Source: the human T2T-CHM13v2.0 reference genome, Homo sapiens
Length of the DNA stretch: 64,000 nucleotides
NCBI RefSeq assembly: GCF_009914755.1
Contig: NC_060927.1
Reading direction: 5' to 3' (one strand)
Shown here: positions 43,007 through 59,826 of the stretch, piece after piece
Numbering within the stretch: position 1 is the stretch's first letter
Layout: every line of letters starts with the position of its first letter
Position numbers and translations under genes: made by a program
The notes under the pieces: generated by a model
Seen by the model: the letters and a program-made list of their open reading frames with translations, nothing else
What the model was told of the DNA's origin: nothing
Databases searched by the model: none

Positions 43007-43565
43007 TTTTTTTTTTTTTTTTTCTGGGATCCCTTTTATTATACTTTAAGTTCTGGGGTATATGTGCAGAATGTGCTGTTTTGTTACATAGGTATACACG
43101 TGCCATGGTGGTTTGCTGAACCCATCAACCTGTCACCTACATTAGGTATTTCTCCTAATGCTATCCCTCCCCTAGCCCCTTACCCCACAACAGGCCATGG
43201 TGTGTGATGTTCCCCTCCCTCTGTCCATGTGTTCTCATTGTTCAACTCCCACTTATGAGTAAGAATATGTGGTGTTTGGTTTTCTGTTCTTGTGTTAGTT
43301 TGCTGAGAATGATGGTTTCCAGCTTCATCCATGTCCCTGCAAAGGACATGAACTTATCCTTTTTTTACGGCTGCATAGTATTCCATTGTGTATATGTGCC
43401 ACATTTTCTTTATCCAGTCTATCATTGATGAACATTTGGGTTGGTTCCAAGTCTTTGCTATTGTGAATAGTGCTGCAATTTGACCCAGCAATCTCATTAC
43501 TGGGTATATACCCAAAGGATTATAAATCATCCTACCATAAAGACACATGCATATGTATGTTTATT
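43007..43565 (-). mobile_element. L1PA 3' end with 5' inversion (twin priming) and TSD
   Basis: Antisense L1 to ~43479, then sense L1 ~43479-43568; GCATCCTC(G/A)TTTCT at 42993-43006 and 43566-43579. Confidence 0.94.
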
Positions 43566-45200
43566 GCATCCTCATTTCTAATACTAAAAATAAATCAACA
43601 TAAGTAATTATTGTATGTTTATTTAAATTTTATCTTTGTGTAAATAGTTTATTGATTTTAAGCCACAAATTCAGTTCTTCCTATCCTGAGATTGTATTTT
43701 CTTGTCTTTTGATACATTTGATAATGTATTTAAATATAACACATTTGATAATGTATTTTAAAAAGTAAAGTGCATTAAGATCAAATAAGATTGGGTCTGA
43801 TTATCGCTGGCAGTCACAGTGCTTTCCAGAATGAAAGTCTTTGCTTTTGCAGATGGTTATTGATTTTTGCATTGATTTTTTTATTTTGATACTTTATCCT
43901 CTTAATTTCTGAGATCTGATGCTCTGTATGAATAAGTAAGAAAAAACAGATGCTTCTTATTTTCTCCTTATTTTATACTTGTACAATAATTGTAACAGAA
44001 TAAGATCATGGGGTTTGGGTTTGAAGTTTTGCCTGTTTTTGTTTTTTTTTCTGTAAGTTCATATTTTATTCCCTCAAGTTATTGTAATTGAAGTATTTCT
44101 TTAAGATAATAAACATGAAATAGCCTGTAATTCACTATATGATTTTTATGTTTTTAACTTTTTATCATGTTTTCATTTCTCATAGTGAATGGCATGCCTG
44201 AAACATGTAAATTGGTAAATGTTAGACAGAGTTACTTAGTAAACCTGAACGAAACAAACCTTCCTAAAATCTGCCAATGTTAGGAAGGTTACCATATCAA
44301 ATCAGTGAGGGGAAATTTATTTCTCTTACTTAGCTTAAAATATTTGGACAGGCTGCTATAATAAGAAATGTAAATTTAAAATTTTAGAAGTAATTTCACT
44401 TGAAACTTCAATAGATTTACAAGAATTATATTTCATATAGCACAGCACTGATATTTAAAGTCTGAACTCCTTAAAGATCAAGTCTAATGCCCTCACTATA
44501 ATGAAGACTTTTCTGAACTCCTCCACCCCACTTGATTCACCCTAGCTAACAGCCATTTTATCCCTGAAACCCCATTATGGTACATTAGATTCCTCTTATC
44601 TCCCTTTTCTTGTTTTATAAATATTTGTGTATATTTGCCAACCATCTTAATAACACTCTTTCAGTGTTCCAAACATCACTCAATGTGTTAGCAAGTAATC
44701 TTTCTTGTTTACATATGATTACCTCAGTGAATAACAAAAAGAACTTATAGTTTACTTACATATAAACAACATCATAAAATAGATTAACATTTGAAATGAG
44801 TGTATGAGAAAAGCAGGAGAGAGAGAAAAAAAGAAAGATGATAGAAAACATGAAATATGATTAGAAGAAACCAGAATTAATGATAACACAAATATTGATG
44901 ATGTAATTTCCTCAATATTCGAACAGATCATAACAAATTTTATTTTATGCTCTCTAGTAGTCTCTGCCAAATGAGTCAGACTTAGTTACGTAATTTCCAG
45001 TGTTCATAAATAAAATCAAACCAGTTGTCCACAAAGCTCACATCAGTTTCTTATATTGAGAGTGTGAATATATTTATCTCACGGGTCTTGGTGTATAGGG
45101 TACAGGAAAGTAAAGGATATCACCTCACCTTGTTACAGTGTCTAAGGCAGTAAGTTTCATCCATTTGTCCTCTCAATATAGACCCAAACAAAAATGGGTC

Positions 45201-45554
45201 AGATATGGTTGGCTGTGTCCCCACCCAAACCTCACATTGAATTGTGATAATGCCCATGTATCAAGGTCAGGGCCTGGTGGAGATAATTGAATCATGGAGG
45301 CGGTTTCCACCATACTGTTCTCATGGTAGTGAATAAGTCTCATGAGATCTGATGGTTTGATAAATGGAATTTCCCCTGCACAAGCTCTCTTTCTGTCACC
45401 ACATAAGACATGACTTTGCTCCTCATTTGCCTTCTGCCATGATTGTGAGGCCTCCCCAGCCATGTGGAACTGTGAGCCATTAAACCTCTTACCTTTATAA
45501 ATTACTGTATCTCAGGGTATGTCTTTGTTAGCAGTGTGAGGACAGATTAATAAA
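45201..45554 (+). mobile_element. THE1 solo LTR (THE1C/D-like)
   Basis: GATATGGTTGGCTGTGTCCCCACCCAAA...GAGGCCTCCCCAGCCATGTGGAACTGTGAG; 5-bp TSD GGGTC at 45196-45200 and 45555-45559. Confidence 0.94.
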
Positions 45555-46930
45555 GGGTCTATTCAGGGAGGTAGTTCAGTATAATCAATTTTATAGTCAA
45601 AACCATGGCATTTTATGATTAAATTTCTGCTTATCTTGCTTAATCCAAGTATAGATAGTAGAATGCTTAACCTTCCCGTTTTCAATTTTTTATTCTCCTA
45701 CACATTCTCCTGTATACTGGCACCATAAACTACCTTCATATTCCAATCTAGACTTCTAGACATCAGCAGATGAAAAAAATTCTAAGCAATTACAAATTGA
45801 GCTACTCAATGCTACCTAACAACTGTGGAGTAATCTTTGTGAAACTACTATATTTGAATATTTTCTTGAATTTTTCTCATACTTTTACAATGGAAAAAAA
45901 AGAGCAAGTTTTAATATCAGTGATCACAAAGTAGTGGTTTCATATAGTTAGGACATTTAATTGGGATAGTCCAATTAGGACTATTTGGAAAAAAAAAAAA
46001 GATATCCTTAGGTGTGATTAAAGCTGAAAAAATTTTCCTCAATCTAAGGCTCAATGAATTTAAGTAAACTAATAATGATATCAACTGTGAAAAAACTATG
46101 CGTGAAATCCCAGAAATACATATTATGGTATTAAAAAAGAAAGATACAATTTGGGATCATTTAATATGTTTTAAATCTCTGGAAACATAAAAGGTTAAAA
46201 CCAGAAGACTAACTCTATTACTCATTATCAGGACTACATTGTGTTTCTTGCTCTCTGGTCTCCAAAGTGAAAGATGAATAAATTTGAGTAGCAACAATTC
46301 AACTGTATACCCAAGGAGGTTCAGTGTGTGTGTGTGTGAGCGCGTGCGCGCAAGTACTTGAGATATAAATGTAAATATTATCCATTATCCTTTCCATCTT
46401 ATTTTCTCCTTCCTTAAAAAAGGTATTTTTGAAAAACAGAAAAAAAGAATACTAGAAAAGAAATTTATGAGAATGTATATATTAAGTTTATGAGACGAGG
46501 AAAATTATTAAAATAATATATTAAGACAAGTATCTTCAATATCAGAAAAAGTAATATTGAGAATTTGGATTACACTTGAAAGTAGTTAAAGATATTAAGA
46601 GACATGGTATAACTAAAATAATAATAATAAATGATGAGTCCATCCTAGCTTTTTGGTGGTTTAAAATATATTTAGGTGTACAGTATAAACGTAAAATTAT
46701 TTGTGCAATTTTAGAGCAAAAATTACTAGTGAATAAAGCATTTGATTATAACGATCCTTATAATAGTCACATCTTGAATGCACAACTTGTCTTAAAGGGA
46801 AAGCATCTGATATGACTATCTCTAATCGTAATCAATTGCTGATTAATAATCTATAAGAAAATGAAATCATCTGCATCAGATAAAACTTTCTGTCATGAAC
46901 TGGCAATAAAAAACTTATAAATATATTTTC

Positions 46931-47242
46931 TTTTTCTTTTCTTTTTTTTTTTTTTATTTTTGAGACGGAGTCTCGCTCTGTCGCCCAGGTTGGAGTGCAG
47001 TGGTGTGATCTCGGCTCACTGCAAGTTTCGCCTCCTGGGTTCACGCCATTCTCCTGCCTCAGTCTCCTGAGTAGCTGGGACTACAGGCGCCCGCCACCAA
47101 GCGCAGTTAACTTTTTGTATTTTTAGTAGAGACGGGGTTTCACCGTGTTAACCAGGATGGGCTCGATCTCCTGACCTCGTGATCCGCCCGCCTCTGCCTC
47201 CCAAAGTGCTAGGATTACAGGCATGAGCCACCGCGCCCAGCC
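46931..47242 (-). mobile_element. Full-length AluY with 15-bp TSD
   Basis: CpG-rich with AluY diagnostics; TATAAATATATTTTC at 46916-46930 and 47243-47257. Confidence 0.96.
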
Positions 47243-48482
47243 TATAAATATATTTTCAGTTATAACTTAAGGTGATGAAAAACATTACATTTTCTTTTAT
47301 CTACAATTTATCTTTACTTTTGTTTTTTACTTTATATTCTTTACCCAGGATATTTTTAGAAAGTGTACATTACCAGAAAATAAAGACACTTTACTGCTTC
47401 TCAAGGATTGTTTATACCAAATGGATAAAGTATTTGGGAAAGAAAAATTCCATTAGAAAAGATGTAGCTAGCTGATTCATAAATGAAGCATTTCTTTTTA
47501 CCAGTATATTAGCTAAAATGAAATTAGATTTATATTTGTGTTTTTCAGCTAGGATTTCATGGAAACAACATTTGCCTTTTAAAAGTGGAATTTTTTTTCA
47601 TAATTGTGAAGGGAATATTGAGCATGTCTTAAAAGAACAGCAAAAATAATACGGTTTACTGAATTTAAAATTACTTTAGACCTCTGTATTTTCTTAAAAT
47701 CCTACCCCTCAGAGAATTTTTTCTTTAATTGTTGTATGTATGCTGAAAACTACTAAATTTGTTTTTCTAATTCTTTTTCTTATCAAAACTACTATGTCCC
47801 AAACTTTCTATTGTACTTTTTGTCTAGTATCATCTTCTTACCTAAGCTACAATATGCCTAACAAAATGCCACACATTTTTACTTGAATGTGCTTCTATGC
47901 TTCAAAGTCGACAGTTCTGAAACCAAATTCAGTATTCTTTTTCTCAACTTGCTCCTAAAATGTTTCAAGACCTTTTTAGTGCCACTATTTCTAAAGTAAC
48001 CATCCTCAATAGCTATCTAACATCTTTCATTAGATAGGCGAATTCATGTCAGATCTTGCACGAAGCTTCTGATCATCTCAGCTCTTAAGCTTTTCCCCTT
48101 CTCAGAATTTCTATAGATTTTTAGAAATACATTTAATACTAGGTAATTCTGTTTTGTTCCCTAATGGTTTTATGTATGTGGACTTAGCTATGAACATTAT
48201 GTACTAAATGTCTTACCTAAATAACTTTTAATCTTAACAAAATTATGTTAAGTATAACCCATAATTCCCATTTTACAGACAGTTTGATGAGACTGAGAAT
48301 AATAATATGTCTATTTCAAAGTTACACAGAACTTTGGTTTAATTCTACTCTGATGTATAATTTGTAAAATTTTCTATAATCATGTTTTCTCCTAATATAT
48401 CATGGAATGTTTTATTTTTCCTTAAACTGTACCCAACTCTGAAAATAAAGCAGATAATGAATGGCTGTTGGTAGATTAGTAA

Positions 48483-48840
<358 letters not shown>

Positions 48841-51800
48841 CTCAAAACTATTCTATTTGATGATAAATAAAGCAACACCATTCTGAGGGAATAATAAAAT
48901 CATTGTCTATATTTGAATATATTCTAGGTTATTTATAGACACAATTAAAACCCACTGAATCATAGATAATAAACACAAAGTAATAAAACATAAAATCAAA
49001 AGGCTGACTGCCAAATGTTACCATAAGAAAAGATAAGACAAAATATTTAAGGTGTTAAAAAGGACATCTTTGATTAGTTTTAAATTTTGTATAATGCCTC
49101 TTGTATATTATTACTAGTTAATGTTGTTATTGTAGTGAAGCATCAAGCTCAGGAAACACTGAAGTTTGTTCAAGATATTCTCTTTTATCTTCAACAGAGA
49201 TTGGCTAAATGAAAATCATAGTTATAAAATCTCAAAAATCTTTCCTATTAATGGAAAGATCCCAGACATGGGAAACAAGGACCGTCTCTCACGATAAAAG
49301 GGAGCATAGAGTCTTTCCTTGCTCTCAGCAGCAACATTAACTGCCAGAGATAATTCACTGGGAAGCAGCGAAGTTGTGGGTCCAGCAGTGCTAATAGACT
49401 CCTAAGAAGATCATTCTCAGGGCATTATCATAGCTGTGTCTGGCACTACCTAGCATCTTTTGGTTTCTACCCATTTTCTGAATGTTTTGTTGATACTAAG
49501 AGATGAAGTCTGGTCCCTGGTTAAAAAAAAAAAAAAAAAGCCATGCAAAACTTAGGTTTATGATCTCAGTGAGCATCCATATCTCCTGAACATAAACAAT
49601 AAAGGAAACAAAGAATTACTAGAACATCTCCTCAATATATTGGAGAATGAAAAATTATTCAGTTCCCATAATGATGTTCAAAACACACTCTAATTTCTGA
49701 GTCTCTTTAGAATTTTAAAATGTCACACAATTTGTTTATCATGTAACAATATATATTTATTTTAAATTAGTGATATCCACATAGGGAAACAGTCCTTTAC
49801 ACAACATGTAGTTAAACAGAACATTCTGTCCTTGGCAATTTCCAGTGACTGCCTCCAGTCCCCTGGGCAACCATGGTGTCTAATAACTCACCTAGAGCAA
49901 TTAAGCCACAATCCAGATGAAGGGCCATGAAAAGGTTTAGCTTTTAACCTCCCAGTTCATCAGGAACTCAGAGCAGCATCAGTTAACACAAATATACCTC
50001 CATTGAGGAGGAAGCTTACAAATAAGAAATTCTATACGCCTGTATCAATCAGCAGTTCAGGGGGATTAGCAGTTCCATAAACAGCTCATTTCACATCATT
50101 GCCATTTCCCTTCAGTCTGCTTCTCAATCCCCTGCCTCACTTCATTTTTTCCACTTCTACTTGTTAGTCAAGGTGTTTATTTAAAAAATATATTTGATAT
50201 AAAGCTTATTTTCCTTAACCTTGGAATATAGACAGAAATTTACAAGTTTGTCTCTGGAGCTGCATCACAGTTTTATTTGAGAAGAACTATAGACTAATGT
50301 GACCTAATTATGTTTGTGGTTCTAAAGTGCCTGTACTTCATAACCAATTAAAGGAAGAATGCTAAAATCATGCAACTTTAAAACTGAGTCTATTGATAAG
50401 AATTGTATTTCCTAATATTAAGTTGAAGTTGAAGAAATATAATAGTTAAAACGTAAGATAACAGCATGCTAACAATTGACACTGTGAAGTAATGATCAGT
50501 TTATTTGGTTGTATCCGCAATTAGAATCTAGTTGTTTATTTACCTAATTTTTAATCAGTTAGCATCTATATGTAAGCATGGGCCGTGTGTGTGTAGCTTA
50601 GTATCTGTGCTACTCCTCAATAACAGAGATCATTATATAAACATTTTTAAATTGATGAAATTCTTATTCAACAGGACTATCACATTCATAAACGTGCGAA
50701 TTTGTAAGTGTTTAATGTGAAAATTCAATTGAACTTTTTCTTTAGATATAAAGGAAAACAAAATCTAAAATCAAAAATTTTTTAAAATGTCTTTTTATGT
50801 TAATTTTGTCAGCCTACAAAAACAACTTTTTCATTCTGCTTTATTGGTATGATAATGATATTTTGAGAAGTCTGCGACTCCAGGCACATAATAGAAGAAA
50901 TAATGTTCTACTATTTGTTATACTCACTTGATTTTGAACTATTATTCAGTAGTTTTATTTCATTCCTGAAAATTAAAACAGTTTTCTGTTTCAGTCTTGC
51001 TAAATGAGAAAAAACAAAAAGGTAGAACAAAAGAGAAAAAGCAAAACAAACAAAAGGAAAGAAAAGAAAATGAAGAAAAATAGACAATATATTTAGATGT
51101 GTCTTCTTATCTAATTAAATGATGCTCCCATCAAATTATTTAAACCAATGAAATATTCAAATAATTATCTATCTCTCCCCCAAATCCTTAAGGGATTATA
51201 TTCTGCATATTTAAAGTATGAAGCTCTCTATTGCTCTCCAATTGCAGATAATTAATTGGCTGAAATTATATTCAAGTACCTACTACAACTTTCTTTTGAA
51301 AACATTTACTTTGCTTGAAAAGCAAACATCTGATTTTGATCAGCTGTAATTATCATCTTACAAGAGGATTAAGATTAATGAATGACTATACAGTCTTTTA
51401 TGTCATTAACTTGTTGATTCCATGTAGGATACTTCAGAGAATGTGATTCAATATTATTGGGAATTTCTCATAAACACAATTTTTACATAGAAATCAAAAG
51501 CTATTAATGAAGAAGAAAATTAGAAGATAAAAAGAGTAATTGCAAGGACAAGTCTCACTGAACTTAAAGTTTACAAAGTGCATATTTAAATGATAGAAAT
51601 AAAGAGTAAAAACAAAAACACATAGATGAGTCACATGAGTTTTTAAGATAACTATGTGGACTCATAATGTTCTAAATTAGAAGTTTGTGAAAATTACTAA
51701 GACCCATAAACCACATTTGGACTGAAAAATGAATAAAGTATTACTCTTTTTGACAAATGGTAAAATAATATTATATGTAATATTATATGACAGACACTAC

Positions 51801-52799
51801 TTTATTCCTTTTGTAGGGGATTATCTTCTCTGGCAAATAAAATAACTTTCTCACTAAAACAGTACGGTGGAAGAATAAATCTCAAGAAAGCTGAAGATAT
51901 ACAAGAGTGCCTGGCTTCTATAGTATGGGATTAAATCTCATGTTCTGGATCAGCTGTACCTCAGATTACTTCAAAATTATAGAAAAAATGCTAATTTTTC
52001 ATTGTTGTAGAAAGATAAAGAGATGGAGCTATCAAAATGAGCAAATATTTCTTGTTTCAAAGAAAGAACTAAAACTGAATCTATGAATCAAATACTATTG
52101 ACTTTGCATATTGATCCAGCTTAAAATTTTGTAACTGTTTAGGAGCATTTCAGTGATTTTTTGTTCAAACTGATTTAATGAGGAAAAAATCTGGAATATA
52201 TTATTTTGAGAACATTAAAATAATTTGTGATAATTTGATATCAGAAAAGTATCTTTGTTGGATTCATCAAGCCATTTATGAATAATATCAATTCCATTTG
52301 AACAACGTTTTTAAGTGGGTTGAGTGAGAGAACCAGGAAGAATTCAAGTGTTCACATATAAGCAATTAAAAATGTATCTGGCGATAATTTTATGGGCGAT
52401 ATGAAAGGTATAATATGTGACAATAAAATTAGGGATTCCATAACCATTAGAAGTGCTATACTTAAAGTAAGTGAGTTTCTAAGCTCACGCCAGCCTGAAA
52501 GGTACTATAATGAAATTTATAAATAGCATGAAATTGTGATTTCATAAATACATTTTATATAAAACGATCCAAATAATAATTGTGTACTTCAGACAGAAAG
52601 TGTAATAAAATTTGACAATATCTTCTGTATCTATTCTGCTTTTTGCACTAAAGCCCTTTTATCCTTCTTGTTTAACTCAGATATGCATCACTTCCTGCCT
52701 GCATTCTTACAGACTCATAACTGGTCTCTCTGATCTTGTCAGCTGACTCCTCTCCATTTCCCTTGATACTGAAATGATTTTTCCAAGATTTACTACAGC

Positions 52800-54110
52800 A
52801 AATAAGCACATGATAAGATGCTTGACATCAGTGGTCATTAAAAAGCTGCAAATTAAAGCTACCATGAGATACTAATACAAACCTTTTAGAATGTGTAAAA
52901 TTAAAAACAAAACTCACTATATCTGGTGATAGTAAGGATGTGGAATAATTGAACCCAAGTACAATCACTTGGGGAAATAGTTTAGAATTTTTAAAAAGTT
53001 TAAACATACAAGTACCATGTTATCAAGCCATTCTACTCCTAGATAATTACCCAAAGGAAATGAAAGCATAGATCTCTATAAATACTTGTAAATAAATATT
53101 TGTACCAGTTTTGTTTGTAGTAGCTAAATACTAGAAACAACCTAAATATCCATCAACAAGTGACTTGATAACACATTGTGTTATATCCATACAATGGAAT
53201 ACATCTTAATGAAAAAAAGAAGAAGAAAAAACTGAATGAACTCTGAATTGACTTGTAAGGATCAAAATACACCATGCTAAAATATGCCATGTTGGCATAA
53301 CGATTATTTTAAGCTGGAGGCAAATGAGAGTCAGCAGATACAGAAAAAAGTTTTCTCAGAGCTTCTCTTATCTGACTAAAATCAGAAAATTCTGAAAAAT
53401 GAGGACTGCCATAAATATCCTAGCTCAGGGAAGTTCTATGGCCATACAGCAGAAAGTCAGTGCCGTATGGACTTTCACAGAAAATCTAATTAGTTTCCAT
53501 TCTACCTCCCCATATATTACTATTTACCATCCCACAGTTTATTGCCCTTGAAATCATAAACTTCCTTTTCTCTAAAAACTTACCATTCTTTTGTTAAGTT
53601 GGTATGTAAGGCCAAGTTCCAGCCAATCCTTTCAATTACTCATCTTTTAATGCTACCATAATGCAGGTCAATTTTTTTTTGTTTTTCTCCTGTCAATCTG
53701 TCCTTTCTTAATCAAATTTACAGGGCCCCCAGTGAAGAACTTAAAAATCAATAGAGAAAACAGAATTTTTCCTTCCCAATACATTCACAGCATGGATTAA
53801 ACAAAAATGAATATATAGAGTATGGTTCAATTTATATAAAATACTAGAAAATGAAAACTAGTCTTTAGTGACAGAAAGTAGATCATTTTTTTGCTAGAGC
53901 AAAGGGTGCTAAGGAGAAGGGTAAGAGAAAGAGTGAAAGATTATAGAAGTATATAAGGAAATTTTGGGGTGATAGGAGTATTCTTTTTTTGGTTGTGGTG
54001 ATATATTCATGGGTATATGTATACATCAAAACTTAATAAATTGTATAATAAATATATTGTCCGTTACATGTAAGTTATATCTACATAAGTCTGCTAAAAG
54101 TAAAATAAAA
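52800..54110 (+). mobile_element. Old L1 (L1MC/ME) 3' region interrupted by an LTR
   Basis: CTGCAAATTAAAGCTACCATGAGATAC...TATATCCATACAATGGAATAC; resumes after 53783. Confidence 0.75.
53254..53783 (+). mobile_element. ERV1-class solo LTR (MER34/MER39-like)
   Basis: TGT...AAAATATGCCATGTTGGCATAACGATTATTTTAAGCTG...AATTTACAGGGCCCC...TTCCCAATACA; TG...CA ends. Confidence 0.75.
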
Positions 54111-55780
54111 AGAAGAAACAGTAATAAAAGCCAGCCCTCTAAATTGCAAATCCATGGGAAATTTGAGACTTTCAACATGCTGTTATAAAAAACGAAAATA
54201 AACATTATCCAGGACATTATCACCACAGTTAAACACTGTTAATTAGACCTACTAATGTAAGCAGTTAGATAGAAGAAAGAAAACAAAGTTATTAGCATGG
54301 GAAAAGCTTCTACTGAGATTTTAACTGTAGATAAAATGAATATATACATGAAAAATACAAGGAAATCAAGGAAAACACGTAGAAACAAAAAAATTAATAG
54401 TGATAGTTGACTATAATGCTAATAAAATATTAACAGTAATTTTAGAAAGTATAATGGGAATATAAATTCCTATAAATATTTAGAAAAGATTCTTCATTAA
54501 AAAACCAAATTTAAAATAAAGTGACGTAACATGTAGGACCTAACTTAAGAAAACTTTAGTACTATTCTCAAAGACATATAAGAAAACACGAATATGATAG
54601 TCTTTTATGGTGGTAAATTTTATTAAATATATATCTTTAATATACACTATATAACCTGAATAAGCTAAGCTACCTTGGTGCTGGCAGCAGCATAGAGTTG
54701 TATTTAATACACACACACATACATATTCACATAATCATACACACAATCATATATATATATATACACACACAATTACACATACACAAACACACTGAGAATT
54801 CCAACTTCAGAACTTTTGAAGATTGAGAGATTAATGAGAATTATTTTCCTCAACACACACAAAATATTCTAAAAATACGATTTAACCATTTATTCTCCAT
54901 ATCACAAAACAGCTGTTTCCACTCACCACCTGGTCCCATTCTCTTTTCTAGGTCTGCATCCAAATACCAATCTGCTCTTTGGAACACCTCTTCAGTTGTC
55001 AAACCACTTTTGCTCGAAGACTGACCCAATTCACTTTGTCTGTCAAATTTACCTGCGCTAAATCCAGATTCCAGAGAACTTGAAACTGCTAGTAAGAATG
55101 GGGTGCCCAGAAATCTCTCAGAATTATAATCCCTCCTCATCCAGGAGTATATGTTTTTTGTTTTGTTTTGTGTGTATGTGTGCGGTGAGTTTGGAATACT
55201 GTAGTCTAATTTTTATTCCAGTACATACATCTTACAAAAGTGTAAAGGCACAAGTTAAATAACATAAAAAATTAGATAAAAATAAAAAATATTTACAATA
55301 CATATATGATGCAATATTTTATTCACATTAAAAAATATAACAAAATGTAATGTTAGACAATATTGTATATTGTGTAAATTGTACAGCATACTTATGTTTT
55401 TATTATGTCAAACAACGCTAAGCCAAAGGAAACTAAAACTACTCAACAAAACACATAAACAACATAAAACTAAAACAAATAGGTGCAGATAAGGAATATG
55501 GAGTGTTCACTTAATATTTGTTTTCCTGGCTACTGTAGGCCATTAGATAGTCGTCTGTGTCATGATCAAATGCATCTGTTTCTAGGCTTCCAAAGTTCTG
55601 GGAGGTCATGGGTTCTCATATATTTTATCCCATGATTAAAGACACTCTCAAGAGTTGGAAAACTAGTGAATAGTTGGTAATACTGTTTGTAAATCTTGCC
55701 AAGCTGGAGGCAGATTCGGAAAAACACAAAAGGTCCTACTAGGACTTAGGTTCTGGCCTTCAAGAAGGCCCCGTAACTGG

Positions 55781-56075
55781 GAGTGATTAACACAGGAACA
55801 GAAAGCCAAATATCACTTGTTCTCACTTAAAAGTGGAGCTAAATATTGAACACACATAGACATAAACATGGGAACAATAGACACTGCAGTCTCCTAGAAG
55901 GGGGAGGGAGGGAGAGAGATGTGGGTCAAAACAACTACCTATTAGGTACTATGCTCACTACCTGTGTGATGGGATCTGTTCCCTAAACCTCAGCATTATG
56001 CAATATTCCCATGTAACAAACCTGCACATGTACCCCCTGCATCTGAAACAAAAGTTGGAATTTTAAAAATTAGAA
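55781..56075 (+). mobile_element. L1 3' end (old L1PA/PB)
   Basis: TTGTTCTCACTTAAAAGTGGAGCTAAA...ATGTAACAAACCTGCACATGTACCCCCTG. Confidence 0.88.
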
Positions 56076-57456
56076 AACAAAAAGGAGAAAAATAAGTGGC
56101 TACCATGGCAATATTCAGGAAGCACAATCAAATTTTAATTTCATAGTAGAGTTGTCAGGGTTACTCTGGGGAACCAAGTAACATAGATATCATTGAGTTC
56201 CTTGATATCAGATTCCCAAAAATCACAATTCTAGCAAATAGGAATAAGTGAATATGATATTCTAATACAAAAATTATACTTTGTTTCTATATCAAAAGAC
56301 TCAATGTTATAAAGATACTGATTCTTTCTGAATTAACCAGAAAAATCAATATAATCCCGTTTAAACAAATTTTTAAGCTGGTAAAATGATACCAAAATGT
56401 AACACTGAGATTTTCTGGTGTTTCCACAGCCACGCTCTATTATGTAGGTAGAAATTTGGGGAATGTTAATATTTCTTCAAAGCCTGTAATATTACTAAAC
56501 TCAGAATACAAAACAACATAGATCAAAGTATAATGCTGAATAAGAAATAACAGATATATATTCTAAACCTTCCTTTAAGTTACCATATGTGTTATCTAAG
56601 ACTTCCTTTAATTTTCCATAGGTTTAAGTAAAATGATACAGATATGATATGAACAAGGCACATGTTCGCCTGTTATAGCATTCTTTTCATCTGATAACTT
56701 TGAATTGCAGCTAAAAATCAGTTTATTATTATCAGAAAGTTTAACTTAACACTGTATTGAAATACAATAATTTGCATTTGATACATATCTTCCAATGTCA
56801 ATGCATTCAACTACTTGAGAAAATATTTTGCTGCTACCCTCTCTTTGTAAAAATTAAATAGCAATAACATATTTTCAAGGGGTAATTTATATTTGAAATG
56901 AAATAAATACAAATGCATACAAATTCTGATTCAAAACCATTTTTTACTACTTTAAAATGCAGAATTCTACTACATTAGCTCAATATGATTACAATTATTG
57001 GAGCACTGTGGTGGTGTCATAGTTCAACTAAATGGACAGAAACTACAAATCCTCTTCTGTGCAGAAGTAGAATACTCCCCAGGTAGGATATCTCTTAATT
57101 TTTAAATGTGCTCCACTTCATTAACATATGTAGTGTTTTATTTATAACAAACAAGATAGATGATTATATTTCCAAGCAATTACTTGAGAATTCAAGTATA
57201 AACTGAAATCCAGAACTTTTAGGAAGTTCATTTTTAAGAATATTTACTGACCCCCTACTTTGTTTTAGACAATTTGCTAAAGACTTACATGAATCATTTA
57301 ATGAAAATTTCACAGCATCCTCTGGGTTTAGGCTCTATTGTTGTCTCCAGATTACAGAAACCAATTTTATATTAGAGATATTAAGAAGTTATGTATATAA
57401 TTTGTTATATATATATTACCCTGATCTTCTATGCTTGCTTCCTGTATTAGCTGGAT

Positions 57457-57931
57457 CAGTGGTCCTCAAATATCTTACTTTCAGGACTTCACTATGCTCT
57501 TAAAAGGTAGTGAGGTACCTAAAGAGGTTTTATTTATGTGGATATTATAAATCAATATTTACCATATTTCACATTAAAATGAGAATTTAAAATATTATGT
57601 CATTTAAAAGCATTGATAATAGCCCATCACACATTAAAATAAATATTTTCTGGAAAAATGTTTTCAAAAAAATTTAAAAATGAGGAAAATTTTATTGCTT
57701 TGCATTTTGGCAAATCTCTTTAATATTTGGCTTACTAAACAATAGCTGGATTCTCATATTTATTCCTGTTATTAATTTATTACATTACACATTGTATATA
57801 CTTATGAAAAATTGAGAATAAAAAAAGCAAATAATATCTTTGTATTATTATGAAAACAGTTTTGAACTGAGGAGTTCCTGATTGGTTCTTGAGACCCTAA
57901 AAATCCCTCAACCACACTTGCAGAACCACTG
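57457..57931. mobile_element. hAT-Charlie non-autonomous DNA transposon (MER119-like)
   Basis: CAGTGGTCCTCAAA ... CACACTTGCAGAACCACTG terminal inverted repeats. Confidence 0.75.
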
Positions 57932-58450
57932 TGCTAGGGCATCAGAAGTACCTAGGATACACCTGGGTACATCAACCTGTTACAGATAATTTTAATTTAT
58001 TCCATAGTTATAAACAGACATTTAAAAATATCCCATAAAATTTTTATGAACATGTAAGAGATAATAATAAGTTAAACAAAATTCTGACAGTTCTTCACAA
58101 ATTGCAATCTATTAATAAAAGCAGTTATTTTTCATAACATTTTATTAGTAGTAGTAGTATAGTATTCTTACCTTGTAACCTAGTATGATCACAAAACATG
58201 GTTTTAGGAAGAGAGCAAAAGGAAGCTATTGATTGATGAATGTATATATTGCATTTCTTCTTTCATTTGGCAAACAGCCGCTATGTACAAAGCCTGATGC
58301 TAGGTGGCAAGGATTAAATAGAATTGAATCTGTTCAAAAATATTAAGAAATGCTTTCCAGAAAGTTAGAAAGAATAAATTATAGCTGAATAACCAAAATT
58401 GCCTGGTAGAATCAGAGGTAGGTTTTGCAAACTGATGCTGGAGAGCTTAA

Positions 58451-59826
<1,376 letters not shown>

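Noticed and set aside
43714-43758. ACATTTGATAATGTATTT twice (period 27), and similar two-copy repeats at 9923-9957 and 16781-16812
   Set aside because: Ordinary slippage duplications; two copies only, no CRISPR-like array.
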